A DNA stretch of 64,000 bases from positions 2,611-66,610 of the forward strand of contig DENJ01000043.1 in assembly GCA_002359635.1 (NCBI GenBank), in the 5' to 3' direction. The notes beneath the pieces were generated by a model. That model was given only the letters and a program-made list of their open reading frames with translations. It was not told the origin of the DNA and searched no databases. The DNA is from Burkholderiales bacterium UBA2647 (GTDB taxonomy: Bacteria > Pseudomonadota > Gammaproteobacteria > Burkholderiales > Burkholderiaceae_E). This document shows positions 10,201 to 17,808 of this stretch, piece after piece. Numbering within the stretch: the stretch's first letter is position 1; each line of letters opens with the position of its first letter. Position numbers and translations under genes: made by a program.

Positions 10201-10292
10201 TTTTTGTGGTACCGGTGGTTTATTCCTTGATCGCAAGGCGCAGACAGGCCATGCAAGCACTCGGGGGAGCACATGCGGCAGGTGGTGCTTGA
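7203..10292 (+). CDS. RND efflux permease (AcrB/HAE family, 1029 aa)
   Basis: MNLPELCIRRPVFATVLSLLVLLLG, GLVVDDAIVVLENI and the duplicated 12-TM architecture typical of this family. Confidence 0.92.
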   Translation: MNLPELCIRRPVFATVLSLLVLLLGIVSYDRLPVREYPKIEEPVVTVETKYLGASAEIVESAVTKIMEDSIAGIEGVDVLTSISRAETSQITARFRLDRDPDGAAADVRDRVSRVRSRLPQGIDEPVVAKVDADANPVIWLSFYSDTLPALQVSDVVSRIVKPRLQTLPGAADVRIFGERRFAMRIWLDADRLAAYKLTPSDVEDALRRQNIEVPAGRIESLQREFTVTSQTDLQREQQFLDIVVKVVNGYPVSLGDVARVKLGALNERTNVTLNGQPAVSVGLIKQATANPLVLAAALKTELPKLQQSLPQGLNVRIANDTTVFIDKSLEAVFRTILEAVALVALVILIFLGTLRASVIPLVTIPVCLIGACTLMYAAGFSINTLTLLALVLAIGLVVDDAIVVLENIFRHIEAGMKPFEAAILGTREVQFAVIAMTLTLAAVFTPIAFTTGRTGRLFVEFALSLAGAVLISGFVALTLTPMMCSRLLRSHADDARENRLSSYVVNGIDRIVGAITNSYAAMLRWALRWRWLVLILGLSVGGASAWLFMNAKKELTPLEDRGTVVIIFSAPEGSSVEYTMRYGRLIGDIAEKIPEFDRRFVVSGSPTVTQGIGFLRMVDWDQRQRGTADILKELQPKLLSIPGVLAFAVAPPSLGQSPRVRPINFVVLTSEPYDKLQATVAPFLAEMQRHPGLQGVDVDLKLNKPEIKIEIDRQRAADAGVQVEAIGRALETMLGGRQVTRFKREGEQYDVMVQLDASARATPRDIADIYVRGRGDTMVPLASLVSVRESVAPRELNHFAQRRAVTITANLAPGYSLGEAITMMEASAQKYLKPGYAIDYNGETREFKLSSTALYLTFLLALAFIYLVLAAQFESFIDPLIIMFSVPLSMTGALALLKYGGGSINVYSQIGLITLVGLITKHGILIVEFANQLQREGRTPMEAVFESAKLRLRPILMTTGAMVLGAVPLALSTGAGAESRIQIGLVIVGGMSFGTILTLFVVPVVYSLIARRRQAMQALGGAHAAGGA

Positions 10293-11010
10293 CACAGAAA
10301 CGACAGGACTTAGTGTGGCCGATGGCCATCGCATCATTGAACTAGCCTGTGTCGAACTGATTAACCGACAGGCGACCGGGCGGCACTGGCACCATTACTT
10401 TGACCCCGAGCGCGACATCGACGAAGGTGCCCAGGCGGTACACGGTTTAAGCCGGGACCGGCTCGAGGGAGAACCGAAGTTTGCTGATCTGGCCGCTGAT
10501 TTTCTCGATTTCCTCGGCGATGCAGAACTGTTGATCCACAACGCCGCCTTCGATCTCGGTTTTTTGAAGTTCGAGCTAGGGCGTATCGATTTGCCAGCGC
10601 TCACAAGCCAATGTCAGGTAACCGACACGCTGGCCTTGGCCCGGGCATTGCACCCGGGTAAACGCAACTCGCTCGATGCACTTTGCGAGCGCTACGGTAT
10701 CTCGAATGCGCACCGCAGTTTTCACGGCGCATTGCTCGACGCAAGATTATTGGCCGATGTTTATCTCGCGATGACCCGAGGTCAGGAGTCGCTTGAGATC
10801 AGCCTCAGTCTTGATTCTCGAGGCCAGTCCTCAAGCGGCCAAGCGCTTGCATGGCCACCCTCGATGCTCAAGCAGATCAGGCTCACCGTATTTCAGCAAT
10901 CGAGGCATGAGGCTTATCATGCAGCCATGGAAAAAGATGCGCGCGGACCGAGTTTGTGGCGCCGTTTAAGTCAAACCGCCTCAGCGCAGGAGTTAGAGCA
11001 AGACCTATGA
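10273..11010 (+). CDS. dnaQ: DNA polymerase III epsilon subunit (3'-5' proofreading exonuclease)
   Basis: Exo motifs VLDTETTGL, LIHNAAFDLGFL and HGALLDARLLADVYLAM. Confidence 0.9.
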   Translation: MRQVVLDTETTGLSVADGHRIIELACVELINRQATGRHWHHYFDPERDIDEGAQAVHGLSRDRLEGEPKFADLAADFLDFLGDAELLIHNAAFDLGFLKFELGRIDLPALTSQCQVTDTLALARALHPGKRNSLDALCERYGISNAHRSFHGALLDARLLADVYLAMTRGQESLEISLSLDSRGQSSSGQALAWPPSMLKQIRLTVFQQSRHEAYHAAMEKDARGPSLWRRLSQTASAQELEQDL

Positions 11011-12212
11011 AAGAAGCCCGTATGTCGCGCAGTGGCCGTGAGCGAAAAGCCCAGTTATCCCCCGATGCGGAGCGACTTTTGGCCTCGGCGCTTGGATTAG
11101 CCAATTCAGGCAGTCGCCTGGAAGATGCTTATTGGCAGCAACTGCTTGTGAAGCGTATTGAGCACTTGCTCGACACCAATCATCCGCAAGCCATTTACGA
11201 TGCGCTCGATCGAACCCATCTCACCGATTTGGAGGCTTACGGCGCATTGATTGAAATGGTTGAGCACTGCGCCGAAACCGTTGTTGTCGAGTACGAAGGG
11301 CAAATGTGGCAATGCCTCTTGGTTTCCGCACCGCTTGTTGCCTGGACAAGATTCGGTATCGCCGCCGGGCGCTTGCCGGCCTCTAATGCCACTGCGCTGT
11401 CGGCGCACTGGCAGGCGCACTGCCTCGCAAACCGGGTGCGCTTTTGCATGGTGCCTTGGCTTTATTCCATCGATCAATTACCGCGCGATTTTGCCGAACT
11501 GCGCAAACTCACGCGCCGCTTAGGGGTCGCAGCGCTTAAGTCGCAGGACCCTCGGCTTGATTTTTCGTCGTTTCCTGAAACAGCCGACATGTTGGCTGAT
11601 TCGCGTTTTATTCTTGCCGGTGTTGCCGCGCCCTTGGGCCAGGCGCTTTTGCGGTGGCAGGATATTGAGGCCAGTGATCATGCAACGCGGGTTCAGTGTT
11701 TAGAACAATGGGTTGCGCAGGGCAGACCTAATCTTGAGCCTGTCATGGTGGGCTGCGGGTTTGAGTGTTTGCTGCCCGATGCCTTTCATATCAATTTGCG
11801 TGAGTCTGACAGAAGAGTCAGACCCTATGCCTTGCGCGCGGCAGTTCATTATCTGACGCACGCGCTTTCGATCGAGGCAAAGCAATTGCGTGCCAACGTA
11901 GCAGCTTTTGGTCAGGATCGCCTTGATGAATATCGTATCGGTCTAAGTTTTAATTCGGAAGAGGAGGTTTCGCAAGGGGTTGTTTGGCCCATGCTCGGCG
12001 CGGAATCCGAAACCGACGACCCCAATCCGCTTGATCAGATCAAACAACAGCTCCATGAACTCGGCGTCACCGATATTCGCGTTCACCCGGGTTGCAGCGA
12101 ACCGGAATTCTGTGATGACTGTGGGTCACCGCTTTACCCGAACGGGGATGGCGAAGTCGTGCATGCCGAAATGCCTGAGGATTCAGAGCCTAACCCCGGA
12201 CACTTTCATTAG
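11007..12212 (+). CDS. Conserved protein of unknown function (possibly DUF2863-type; family assignment not verified)
   Basis: A long ORF with coding-like composition. Its ATG overlaps the dnaQ stop as ATGA at 11007-11010. The C-terminus carries CDDCGSPLYPNGDGEVVH. I recognise no catalytic motif. Confidence 0.7.
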   Translation: MKEARMSRSGRERKAQLSPDAERLLASALGLANSGSRLEDAYWQQLLVKRIEHLLDTNHPQAIYDALDRTHLTDLEAYGALIEMVEHCAETVVVEYEGQMWQCLLVSAPLVAWTRFGIAAGRLPASNATALSAHWQAHCLANRVRFCMVPWLYSIDQLPRDFAELRKLTRRLGVAALKSQDPRLDFSSFPETADMLADSRFILAGVAAPLGQALLRWQDIEASDHATRVQCLEQWVAQGRPNLEPVMVGCGFECLLPDAFHINLRESDRRVRPYALRAAVHYLTHALSIEAKQLRANVAAFGQDRLDEYRIGLSFNSEEEVSQGVVWPMLGAESETDDPNPLDQIKQQLHELGVTDIRVHPGCSEPEFCDDCGSPLYPNGDGEVVHAEMPEDSEPNPGHFH

Positions 12213-12239
12213 GTTAATCAAGAGCGCGTATCCAGTGCA

Positions 12240-12659
12240 TCAACTTAGTTTTTTTCTGGCGCTGCTGATGCGTTCGTTGAGATAAGCACCGTAGAAATCT
12301 CGAGAACCGTAGCCAATCAGCCTCTCGGCGATTTCGCCCTGTAGTCCGAGAAACAGCACCGTCGGTACCATCGTGATCCGATAACGTTGGAGCTCGGTGC
12401 CACCCTGAATGGTTTCAAAAACCAAAACACCTTCCTTGTCCTGATCTCTTGCCAGATGCTGGATATAGTCTTGTTTGACCAAGTCGCACCAACCACAGCC
12501 TGGCATGGTTACGAGCAAGACAAGGGGACGCTTTTGTTTTGCAGCCCGCTCGATTTGCTTTTCAAGTCCGTCTAGCTTGGGTATCGGCGTTTGCGCTGGT
12601 CGACCCTGCTGTGGATGTGATGGGGGGATTTGCTTACTCATAAAAAACGCGAAAAACAT
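12240..12659 (-). CDS. Thioredoxin-fold protein (SoxS/SoxW-like)
   Basis: CGWC redox motif in LVTMPGCGWCDLVKQDY, and it is divergent from the sox regulator. The start is uncertain (Met1 or Met7). Confidence 0.7.
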   Translation of the reverse strand: MFFAFFMSKQIPPSHPQQGRPAQTPIPKLDGLEKQIERAAKQKRPLVLLVTMPGCGWCDLVKQDYIQHLARDQDKEGVLVFETIQGGTELQRYRITMVPTVLFLGLQGEIAERLIGYGSRDFYGAYLNERISSARKKLS

Positions 12660-12670
12660 TAAAAAGTCAC

Positions 12671-12699
12671 TTGACTATATGCGTATATGCTCATATAGT
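12671..12699 (+). promoter_or_regulatory. Candidate sigma70 promoter (TTGACT-N17-TATAGT) overlapped by an 8-bp inverted repeat, a possible SoxR/ArsR operator
   Basis: TTGACT is at 12671-12676 and TATAGT at 12694-12699, with a 17-nt spacer. The inverted repeat is ACTATATG (12674-12681) / CATATAGT (12692-12699). Confidence 0.45.
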
Positions 12700-12827
12700 A
12701 ACTTTGATTCAAACAGGCATCAAACCCTATTGGGCGGCACAAAAGGCTTCAACGGTTTGCACCAACAACACCAAAAGCAAGCCTCATTGGTCCGCAGGAT
12801 AACCTGATTGCTTTTGGATCATAGCCC

Positions 12828-13364
12828 GTGCTCCGTGGAGGGGAAAGTTTGGCAACGTTAAAGGTCGAAGAGCCCGAGGATTGCGATGATCGCGAAGACC
12901 TAGACCGGGTCTTTGAATCGGTGTCGCGCTATTTCAGCCTGATGTCAGAGCCGATGAGGGTGCGCATCATGCACACGATTTGCGATGGTGAGCGTACGGT
13001 GGGGGATATTGTGCTTGCGGTTGGGGGCACGCAAACCAATGTCTCGAGACATCTCGCAGCGCTTTACCAAGCCAACGCGGTCTATCGCAGAAAAGCCGGT
13101 AACCATGTTTTTTATGGCATCCAGGATTCGGCGCTGATTGCACTTTGCCGTGGGGTATGCATCCATATTGCCTCGCGCCTTGATAACGACGGTGAACGAA
13201 GCGACGGATTGCGTCATCTCGCCCGTGGTTTTGAACCTGTATTGCCACAGGGGGATTCCGACGCAGGATCTAGAACCAAAAAGGAGAAGCTGCGCGCTGA
13301 GGCAGGTGTTTCGAAGGCATCCAAGTCGAGGCCTCGATCAGTTCGTGCCAAGCGCGCCGATTGA
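12828..13364 (+). CDS. soxR: ArsR/SmtB-family transcriptional regulator (SoxR-like) with a basic C-terminal tail
   Basis: wHTH segment FSLMSEPMRVRIMHTICDGERTVGDIVLAVGGTQTNVSRHLAALYQANAVYRRKAGNHVFY. It lies immediately upstream of soxC. Confidence 0.8.
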   Translation: MLRGGESLATLKVEEPEDCDDREDLDRVFESVSRYFSLMSEPMRVRIMHTICDGERTVGDIVLAVGGTQTNVSRHLAALYQANAVYRRKAGNHVFYGIQDSALIALCRGVCIHIASRLDNDGERSDGLRHLARGFEPVLPQGDSDAGSRTKKEKLRAEAGVSKASKSRPRSVRAKRAD

Positions 13365-13400
13365 TAAGCCCTATCGCTGAATGAATAAGGAGGTTGAGCG

Positions 13401-14771
13401 ATGCATGTATTAGATCAAGATCTGGCGCAGGGGAGCATTAACGCGCTACGCACGGCGATACCGGGGCGTATTCAAAAAGCGCCCGAAGACCATATGGATC
13501 AGGCCTTTCATGCGAAAGCAAAGACGGCGCGTCGCAGCTTTATGGGCAAGGCGCTTGCTATGGGCGCGGGTGTTGCCGTGACACGCGCGAGCGCCACAAG
13601 TACCGAGGGCGAGGACGCCATTTTGAAGCTTCCCCCGCACACGGTGGGTCTTGGGCAACCGGTTGCGGCAAGGGGCTATGGGGTGCCATCGCAGTACGAG
13701 CGCAATTTGCAACGACGTGAGAGCCCAGGTCTTACCCGTGTGGGTGCGGCCTCTGTGAGCTTTTCCCCGCTTCAGTCGCTCTTTGGGATCATCACGCCAA
13801 ACGGGCTTCACTTTGAGCGCCACCATCAGGGCTGGTGGGATATCAACCCCGAACAACATCGTTTGATGATCAACGGCATGGTGAAGCAGGCTAAGGTTTT
13901 CACCATGGATGATCTGATGCGACTGCCAGCCGTGTCGCGCATTCATTTCATCGAATGTGGTGCAAACACCGGCATGGAGTGGGGTAATGTTGCGGTGCCG
14001 ACGGTGCAGTACTCACATGGGATGTTGTCTTGTTCGGAGTTCACCGGCGTGTTGCTTTCGACCCTGCTTGATATGGCTGGCGCTGACACAAAAAAAGGGC
14101 GCTATCTGCTCGCTGAAGGCGCTGACGGTTCTTCCATGACACGAACCGTCTCAATGGACCGTGCGCTTGATGATGTGATGGTGGCCTGGGCAATGAATGG
14201 TGAGATGTTGCGTCCGGAAAATGGCTACCCATTGAGATTGGTTGTGCCCGGTGTACAAGGTGTGTCATGGGTGAAATATTTGCGACGCATCGAGGTTGGC
14301 GATCAACCCTACTACACCAAAGATGAGGTCATGCATTATGTGGATCTGATGCCTGATGGCAGGCATCGGCAGTTCACCTCGATTCAGGAGGTGAAGTCAG
14401 TGATCACGACGCCATCGGGTGGCCAGGTGTTGATGGATAAGGGTTATTACAATGTGACCGGGCTAGCCTGGTCGGGCAGGGGACGTATCAAGCGTGTTGA
14501 TGTGTCGGCGGATGGTGGTCGCAACTGGCGTAGCGCGCGTCTTGAAACACCCGTGCTGTCGAAAGCGCTCACACGATTTAATATTGATTGGGTCTGGGAC
14601 GGCGGACCGGCAATTCTGCAAAGTAGAGCGGTCGATGAGTCGGGTCATATTCAACCAATGATGCGTCAATTGCGCGCTGTTCGCGGCACGCGGTCCATTT
14701 ATCATAATAATGCGATCCAGTCCTGGAAGATCAGCGAGACAGGGGAGGTGTTCAATGTACAAGTTTCCTAA
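13401..14771 (+). CDS. soxC: Sulfane dehydrogenase molybdopterin subunit SoxC
   Basis: Tat signal RRSFMGKALAMGAGVAV, a sulfite-oxidase-family Moco domain (FERHHQGWWDI, ECGANTG, PLRLVVPG.QGVSWVKYLRRIEV) and a strong SD AAGGAGG. Confidence 0.9.
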   Translation: MHVLDQDLAQGSINALRTAIPGRIQKAPEDHMDQAFHAKAKTARRSFMGKALAMGAGVAVTRASATSTEGEDAILKLPPHTVGLGQPVAARGYGVPSQYERNLQRRESPGLTRVGAASVSFSPLQSLFGIITPNGLHFERHHQGWWDINPEQHRLMINGMVKQAKVFTMDDLMRLPAVSRIHFIECGANTGMEWGNVAVPTVQYSHGMLSCSEFTGVLLSTLLDMAGADTKKGRYLLAEGADGSSMTRTVSMDRALDDVMVAWAMNGEMLRPENGYPLRLVVPGVQGVSWVKYLRRIEVGDQPYYTKDEVMHYVDLMPDGRHRQFTSIQEVKSVITTPSGGQVLMDKGYYNVTGLAWSGRGRIKRVDVSADGGRNWRSARLETPVLSKALTRFNIDWVWDGGPAILQSRAVDESGHIQPMMRQLRAVRGTRSIYHNNAIQSWKISETGEVFNVQVS

Positions 14772-15867
14772 AGGGCAGCTGATTGCGGCATTACTGCTCA
14801 CGTGCCTTGGCGTGTCCGACGGATCATTTGCTCAGACCTCGAGTGGACAGGCACTAAGCGCATCGTCGAAGCCCTGGTCAAACCTCGGACGTGCCGCCAC
14901 GGCTGCTGAAGTCAAAGCCTGGGATATCGATGTACGTGCCGATTTTGTCGGATTGCCCAAGGGCGCTGGCTCGGTAACCAAGGGCGAAGAGGTCTGGGAA
15001 GCCAAGTGCGCATCATGTCACGGCACCTTCGGTGAGTCGAACGAGGTCTTCACCCCCATCGTAGGCGGCACGAGTAAAAAAGACATCGAAACAGGTATTG
15101 TCGCGAATCTTGCTCGGCCGGACTTTCCGCAACGGACCACTGTGATGAAGCTTTCAACGCTATCAACCTTGTGGGACTACATCAACCGTGCTATGCCTTG
15201 GAACGCTCCGAAATCACTACATGTTGATGAAGTTTATGCAGTCACTGCCTACATCTTGCACCTGGCTGAAATACTGCCTGCGGACTTCACCCTGAGCGAT
15301 CAGAACATCGCAGCAGTTCAAAAGCGGATTCCGAATCGTCATGGCAAAGTGAAGTTCGCTGGGCTTTGGGACCTGAAGGGCAAACCTGATGTCCAGGGCG
15401 AAGGCTGTATGAGCAACTGTAAGGTTTCCGCAGAGGTCGCCTCGATCCTGCCCGATTTTGCGCGAAACGCCCACGGTAATCTCGCAGAGCAGAGCCGGCT
15501 GATCGGCGCCTCCCGCGGCGCGGACACAAGTAAGCCGCCTCTGAAGGAGCCTTTGAAAGTGGCGATGGCGGTCGGCGCTTCAGAGACGCCCAAGCTGGCT
15601 GCCGCAGAGACACAATCGCCGTCTTCGCTGGCCAAAGCGCAACATTGTTTGGCCTGTCACGCGGTGGCGCAGAAAATGGTGGGACCCGCATTTCGGGACG
15701 TTGCTGCGCGTTATAAGGGAAACGCCAAAGCCGAGGCCTTGCTTATTTCAAGAATCAGTCAAGGTGGGTCGGGTAACTGGGGTCCTATTCCTATGCCAGC
15801 ACAGCCCCAGCTAGCAAATGATGATGCGAAGACGCTTGCGCGATGGATCCTTGACGGTGCAAAGTAA
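14755..15867 (+). CDS. soxD: Dihaem cytochrome c SoxD
   Basis: Signal peptide and two CxxCH motifs (CASCH, CLACH). The start is at Met16 after GGGGAGG and overlaps the soxC end. Confidence 0.85.
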   Translation: MYKFPKGQLIAALLLTCLGVSDGSFAQTSSGQALSASSKPWSNLGRAATAAEVKAWDIDVRADFVGLPKGAGSVTKGEEVWEAKCASCHGTFGESNEVFTPIVGGTSKKDIETGIVANLARPDFPQRTTVMKLSTLSTLWDYINRAMPWNAPKSLHVDEVYAVTAYILHLAEILPADFTLSDQNIAAVQKRIPNRHGKVKFAGLWDLKGKPDVQGEGCMSNCKVSAEVASILPDFARNAHGNLAEQSRLIGASRGADTSKPPLKEPLKVAMAVGASETPKLAAAETQSPSSLAKAQHCLACHAVAQKMVGPAFRDVAARYKGNAKAEALLISRISQGGSGNWGPIPMPAQPQLANDDAKTLARWILDGAK

Positions 15868-15954
15868 GCGACAACGCAGGGATGGTTAATGTGTCGGTAG
15901 CGCCTAGCGCGATTCGGTCGATTTTCCAGCGATATTTTCTAAAAGGAGAACAGT

Positions 15955-16425
15955 ATGAGTTTTTCGAGACGGGAGGCACTGAAGGGTGGTGCCGGCGTGG
16001 GCCTCTACGGTGCGATGCTTGCCCTAGGGATGATTCGCCCCGGGACGGCACAGGCCCAAGCAGCCATGCAAGCAGCGTTCCAGACCAAGGGTATTCCTGA
16101 CACATTAAAAGCACTCGGAGCCGCAGGGGCAGCCGAGTCCGCCGATGTCAGTATTGTTTCGCCAGATATTGCTGAGAACGGCGCCGTTGTTCCCGTGGGT
16201 GTGACCAGTAAGCTTCCAAATACTGACATGGTTGCACTTTTGGTCGATAAGAACCCTAATGCGCTTGCCGGTGCCTACCAGTTCTTGGATGGCGGTGTGG
16301 CTGAAGTCAACATGCGTGTGAAAATGGGCCAGAGTTCAGATGTCTTTGCCATCGTTCGAGCTGATGGGAAGTACTACATGGCCAAGAAGGAAATCAAGGT
16401 CACTTTGGGTGGCTGTGGCGGCTAA
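15955..16425 (+). CDS. soxY: Thiosulfate-binding carrier protein SoxY
   Basis: Tat signal SRREALKGG and the diagnostic C-terminal GGCGG (…KVTLGGCGG*). Confidence 0.92.
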   Translation: MSFSRREALKGGAGVGLYGAMLALGMIRPGTAQAQAAMQAAFQTKGIPDTLKALGAAGAAESADVSIVSPDIAENGAVVPVGVTSKLPNTDMVALLVDKNPNALAGAYQFLDGGVAEVNMRVKMGQSSDVFAIVRADGKYYMAKKEIKVTLGGCGG

Positions 16426-16495
16426 GCAACGCCCTCGATATGCTTGGTTCGGGTCATGAATGCAATGATCATGTAAAAACTTCAGGAGATTTAAG

Positions 16496-16807
16496 ATGGC
16501 TGATCCAATGAAAATTCGCGCCGCTGCGCGCGGCGACGTGGTTGATGTCCGCGTCTTGATGGCTCACGAGATGGAAACAGGGCAGCGCAAAGATGCCGCA
16601 GGAAAACTCGTGCCCGCCTGGTTTATCAGCGATGTCACCGCTAGCCTTAACGGCAAACCCGTGGTCAAGGCATTCTGGGGACCGGCAGTGTCAAAAAATC
16701 CCTATTTGCAGTTCAAAGTCAAAGGGGGTAAGGCAGGCGATAAGATCAGCATCACCTGGGTCGATAACAAGGGCGACAAGCGAACTGACGAAGTCACGGT
16801 GAGCTGA
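16496..16807 (+). CDS. soxZ: SoxZ
   Basis: A 103-aa protein with MKIRA..GDVVDVRVLMAHEMETG. It sits directly after soxY. Confidence 0.9.
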   Translation: MADPMKIRAAARGDVVDVRVLMAHEMETGQRKDAAGKLVPAWFISDVTASLNGKPVVKAFWGPAVSKNPYLQFKVKGGKAGDKISITWVDNKGDKRTDEVTVS

Positions 16808-16840
16808 TCAGGGCATGATCTGAACCCGCAAATCCTGCAC

Positions 16841-16872
16841 ACCAAAACAACAAAACACCAAAACAACAATAC
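16841..16872. repeat. Tandem 16-bp CA-rich duplication (ACCAAAACAACAAAAC / ACCAAAACAACAATAC) in the soxZ-soxA spacer
   Basis: Read directly from the sequence. 15/16 positions are identical, and the repeat ends about 7 nt before the soxA SD GGGAGA. Confidence 0.9.
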
Positions 16873-16892
16873 AACAACAGGGAGACAATGCA

Positions 16893-17798
16893 ATGAAAAG
16901 CATAACGTTGAGTCATGATGGTCGGGAGCGTGCTAGGAGCTCGCTGTCGCTGCTTTCCAGCGCCAAGGCTGGCCGTGCTGGTGCAAGGTTTTCCCAGCAA
17001 GCGATGCTTCTTTTCTCGGGCTTGCTTGCAACAACCATGGCTTGCGCCCAGCCGCGCGATGCAACCGAGCTGGAAATCGAGAAGTATCGCCAGATGCTAC
17101 AAGACGGTAATCCCGCAGAACTGGTATCGCTTAAAGGCGAGGGGCTTTGGAAGAAGAAGCAAGGCCCCAAGCAGCTAAGTCTTGAGGGCTGCGATCTTGG
17201 TCTCGGTCCGGGGGTTGTTAAGGGCGCCAATGCGCAGTTGCCGCGATATTTTGCTGATGCTGATGCGGTGATGGACCTCGAAAGCCGGATTGTTCATTGT
17301 ATGGTCACCATCCAGGGCATTGATCGACAGAAAGTCATTGCCCGACCTTACTCCGGTGCTGGTCAATCGGCCACCGACATGGAAGCGTTGGTGGCCTATG
17401 TGGTTGAGGAATCTCGCGGCATGAAGATCAATGTGCCGCAAGAGCATGTGAAGGAAAAGGAAGCTTTTGCGCGTGGTGAAAAGATTTTCTATTTCCGCGG
17501 GGGACCTTATGATTTTTCTTGTGCCTCATGTCATGCCGTCGATAACCAGCGTATCCGTCTGCAAGGCCTGCCGAATCTGACCAAAACCGAGCCCGCTCAA
17601 AAAGCCTTCGCCAGCTGGCCGGCCTATCGGGTATCGCAAGGTGCGCTACGAACCATGCAATGGCGTATCTACGACTGCTTCCGCCAGCAGCGTTTCCCGG
17701 AATTAAAGTATTTGTCACCCGCCTCGGTTGATTTGATCACCTACTTAGGTGCTCGCGCCAACGGTGGTGTGATGGAAACGCCGGCGATCAAGCGATAA
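16893..17798 (+). CDS. soxA: Cytochrome c SoxA (single CxxCH)
   Basis: CASCH haem motif, a conserved C-terminal Cys region (WRIYDCFRQQR) and an SD GGGAGA 6-7 nt upstream. An alternative start is Met38 (17004). Confidence 0.88.
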   Translation: MKSITLSHDGRERARSSLSLLSSAKAGRAGARFSQQAMLLFSGLLATTMACAQPRDATELEIEKYRQMLQDGNPAELVSLKGEGLWKKKQGPKQLSLEGCDLGLGPGVVKGANAQLPRYFADADAVMDLESRIVHCMVTIQGIDRQKVIARPYSGAGQSATDMEALVAYVVEESRGMKINVPQEHVKEKEAFARGEKIFYFRGGPYDFSCASCHAVDNQRIRLQGLPNLTKTEPAQKAFASWPAYRVSQGALRTMQWRIYDCFRQQRFPELKYLSPASVDLITYLGARANGGVMETPAIKR

Positions 17799-17808
17799 GG
17801 GGATAAGC

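Noticed and set aside
5886-10292. The RND pair as a recently acquired genomic islet or mobile element
   Set aside because: I noticed no integrase, transposase, tRNA target, flanking direct repeats or obvious compositional break. Gene overlaps on the dnaQ side suggest long residence. The observation is kept only as a synteny interruption.
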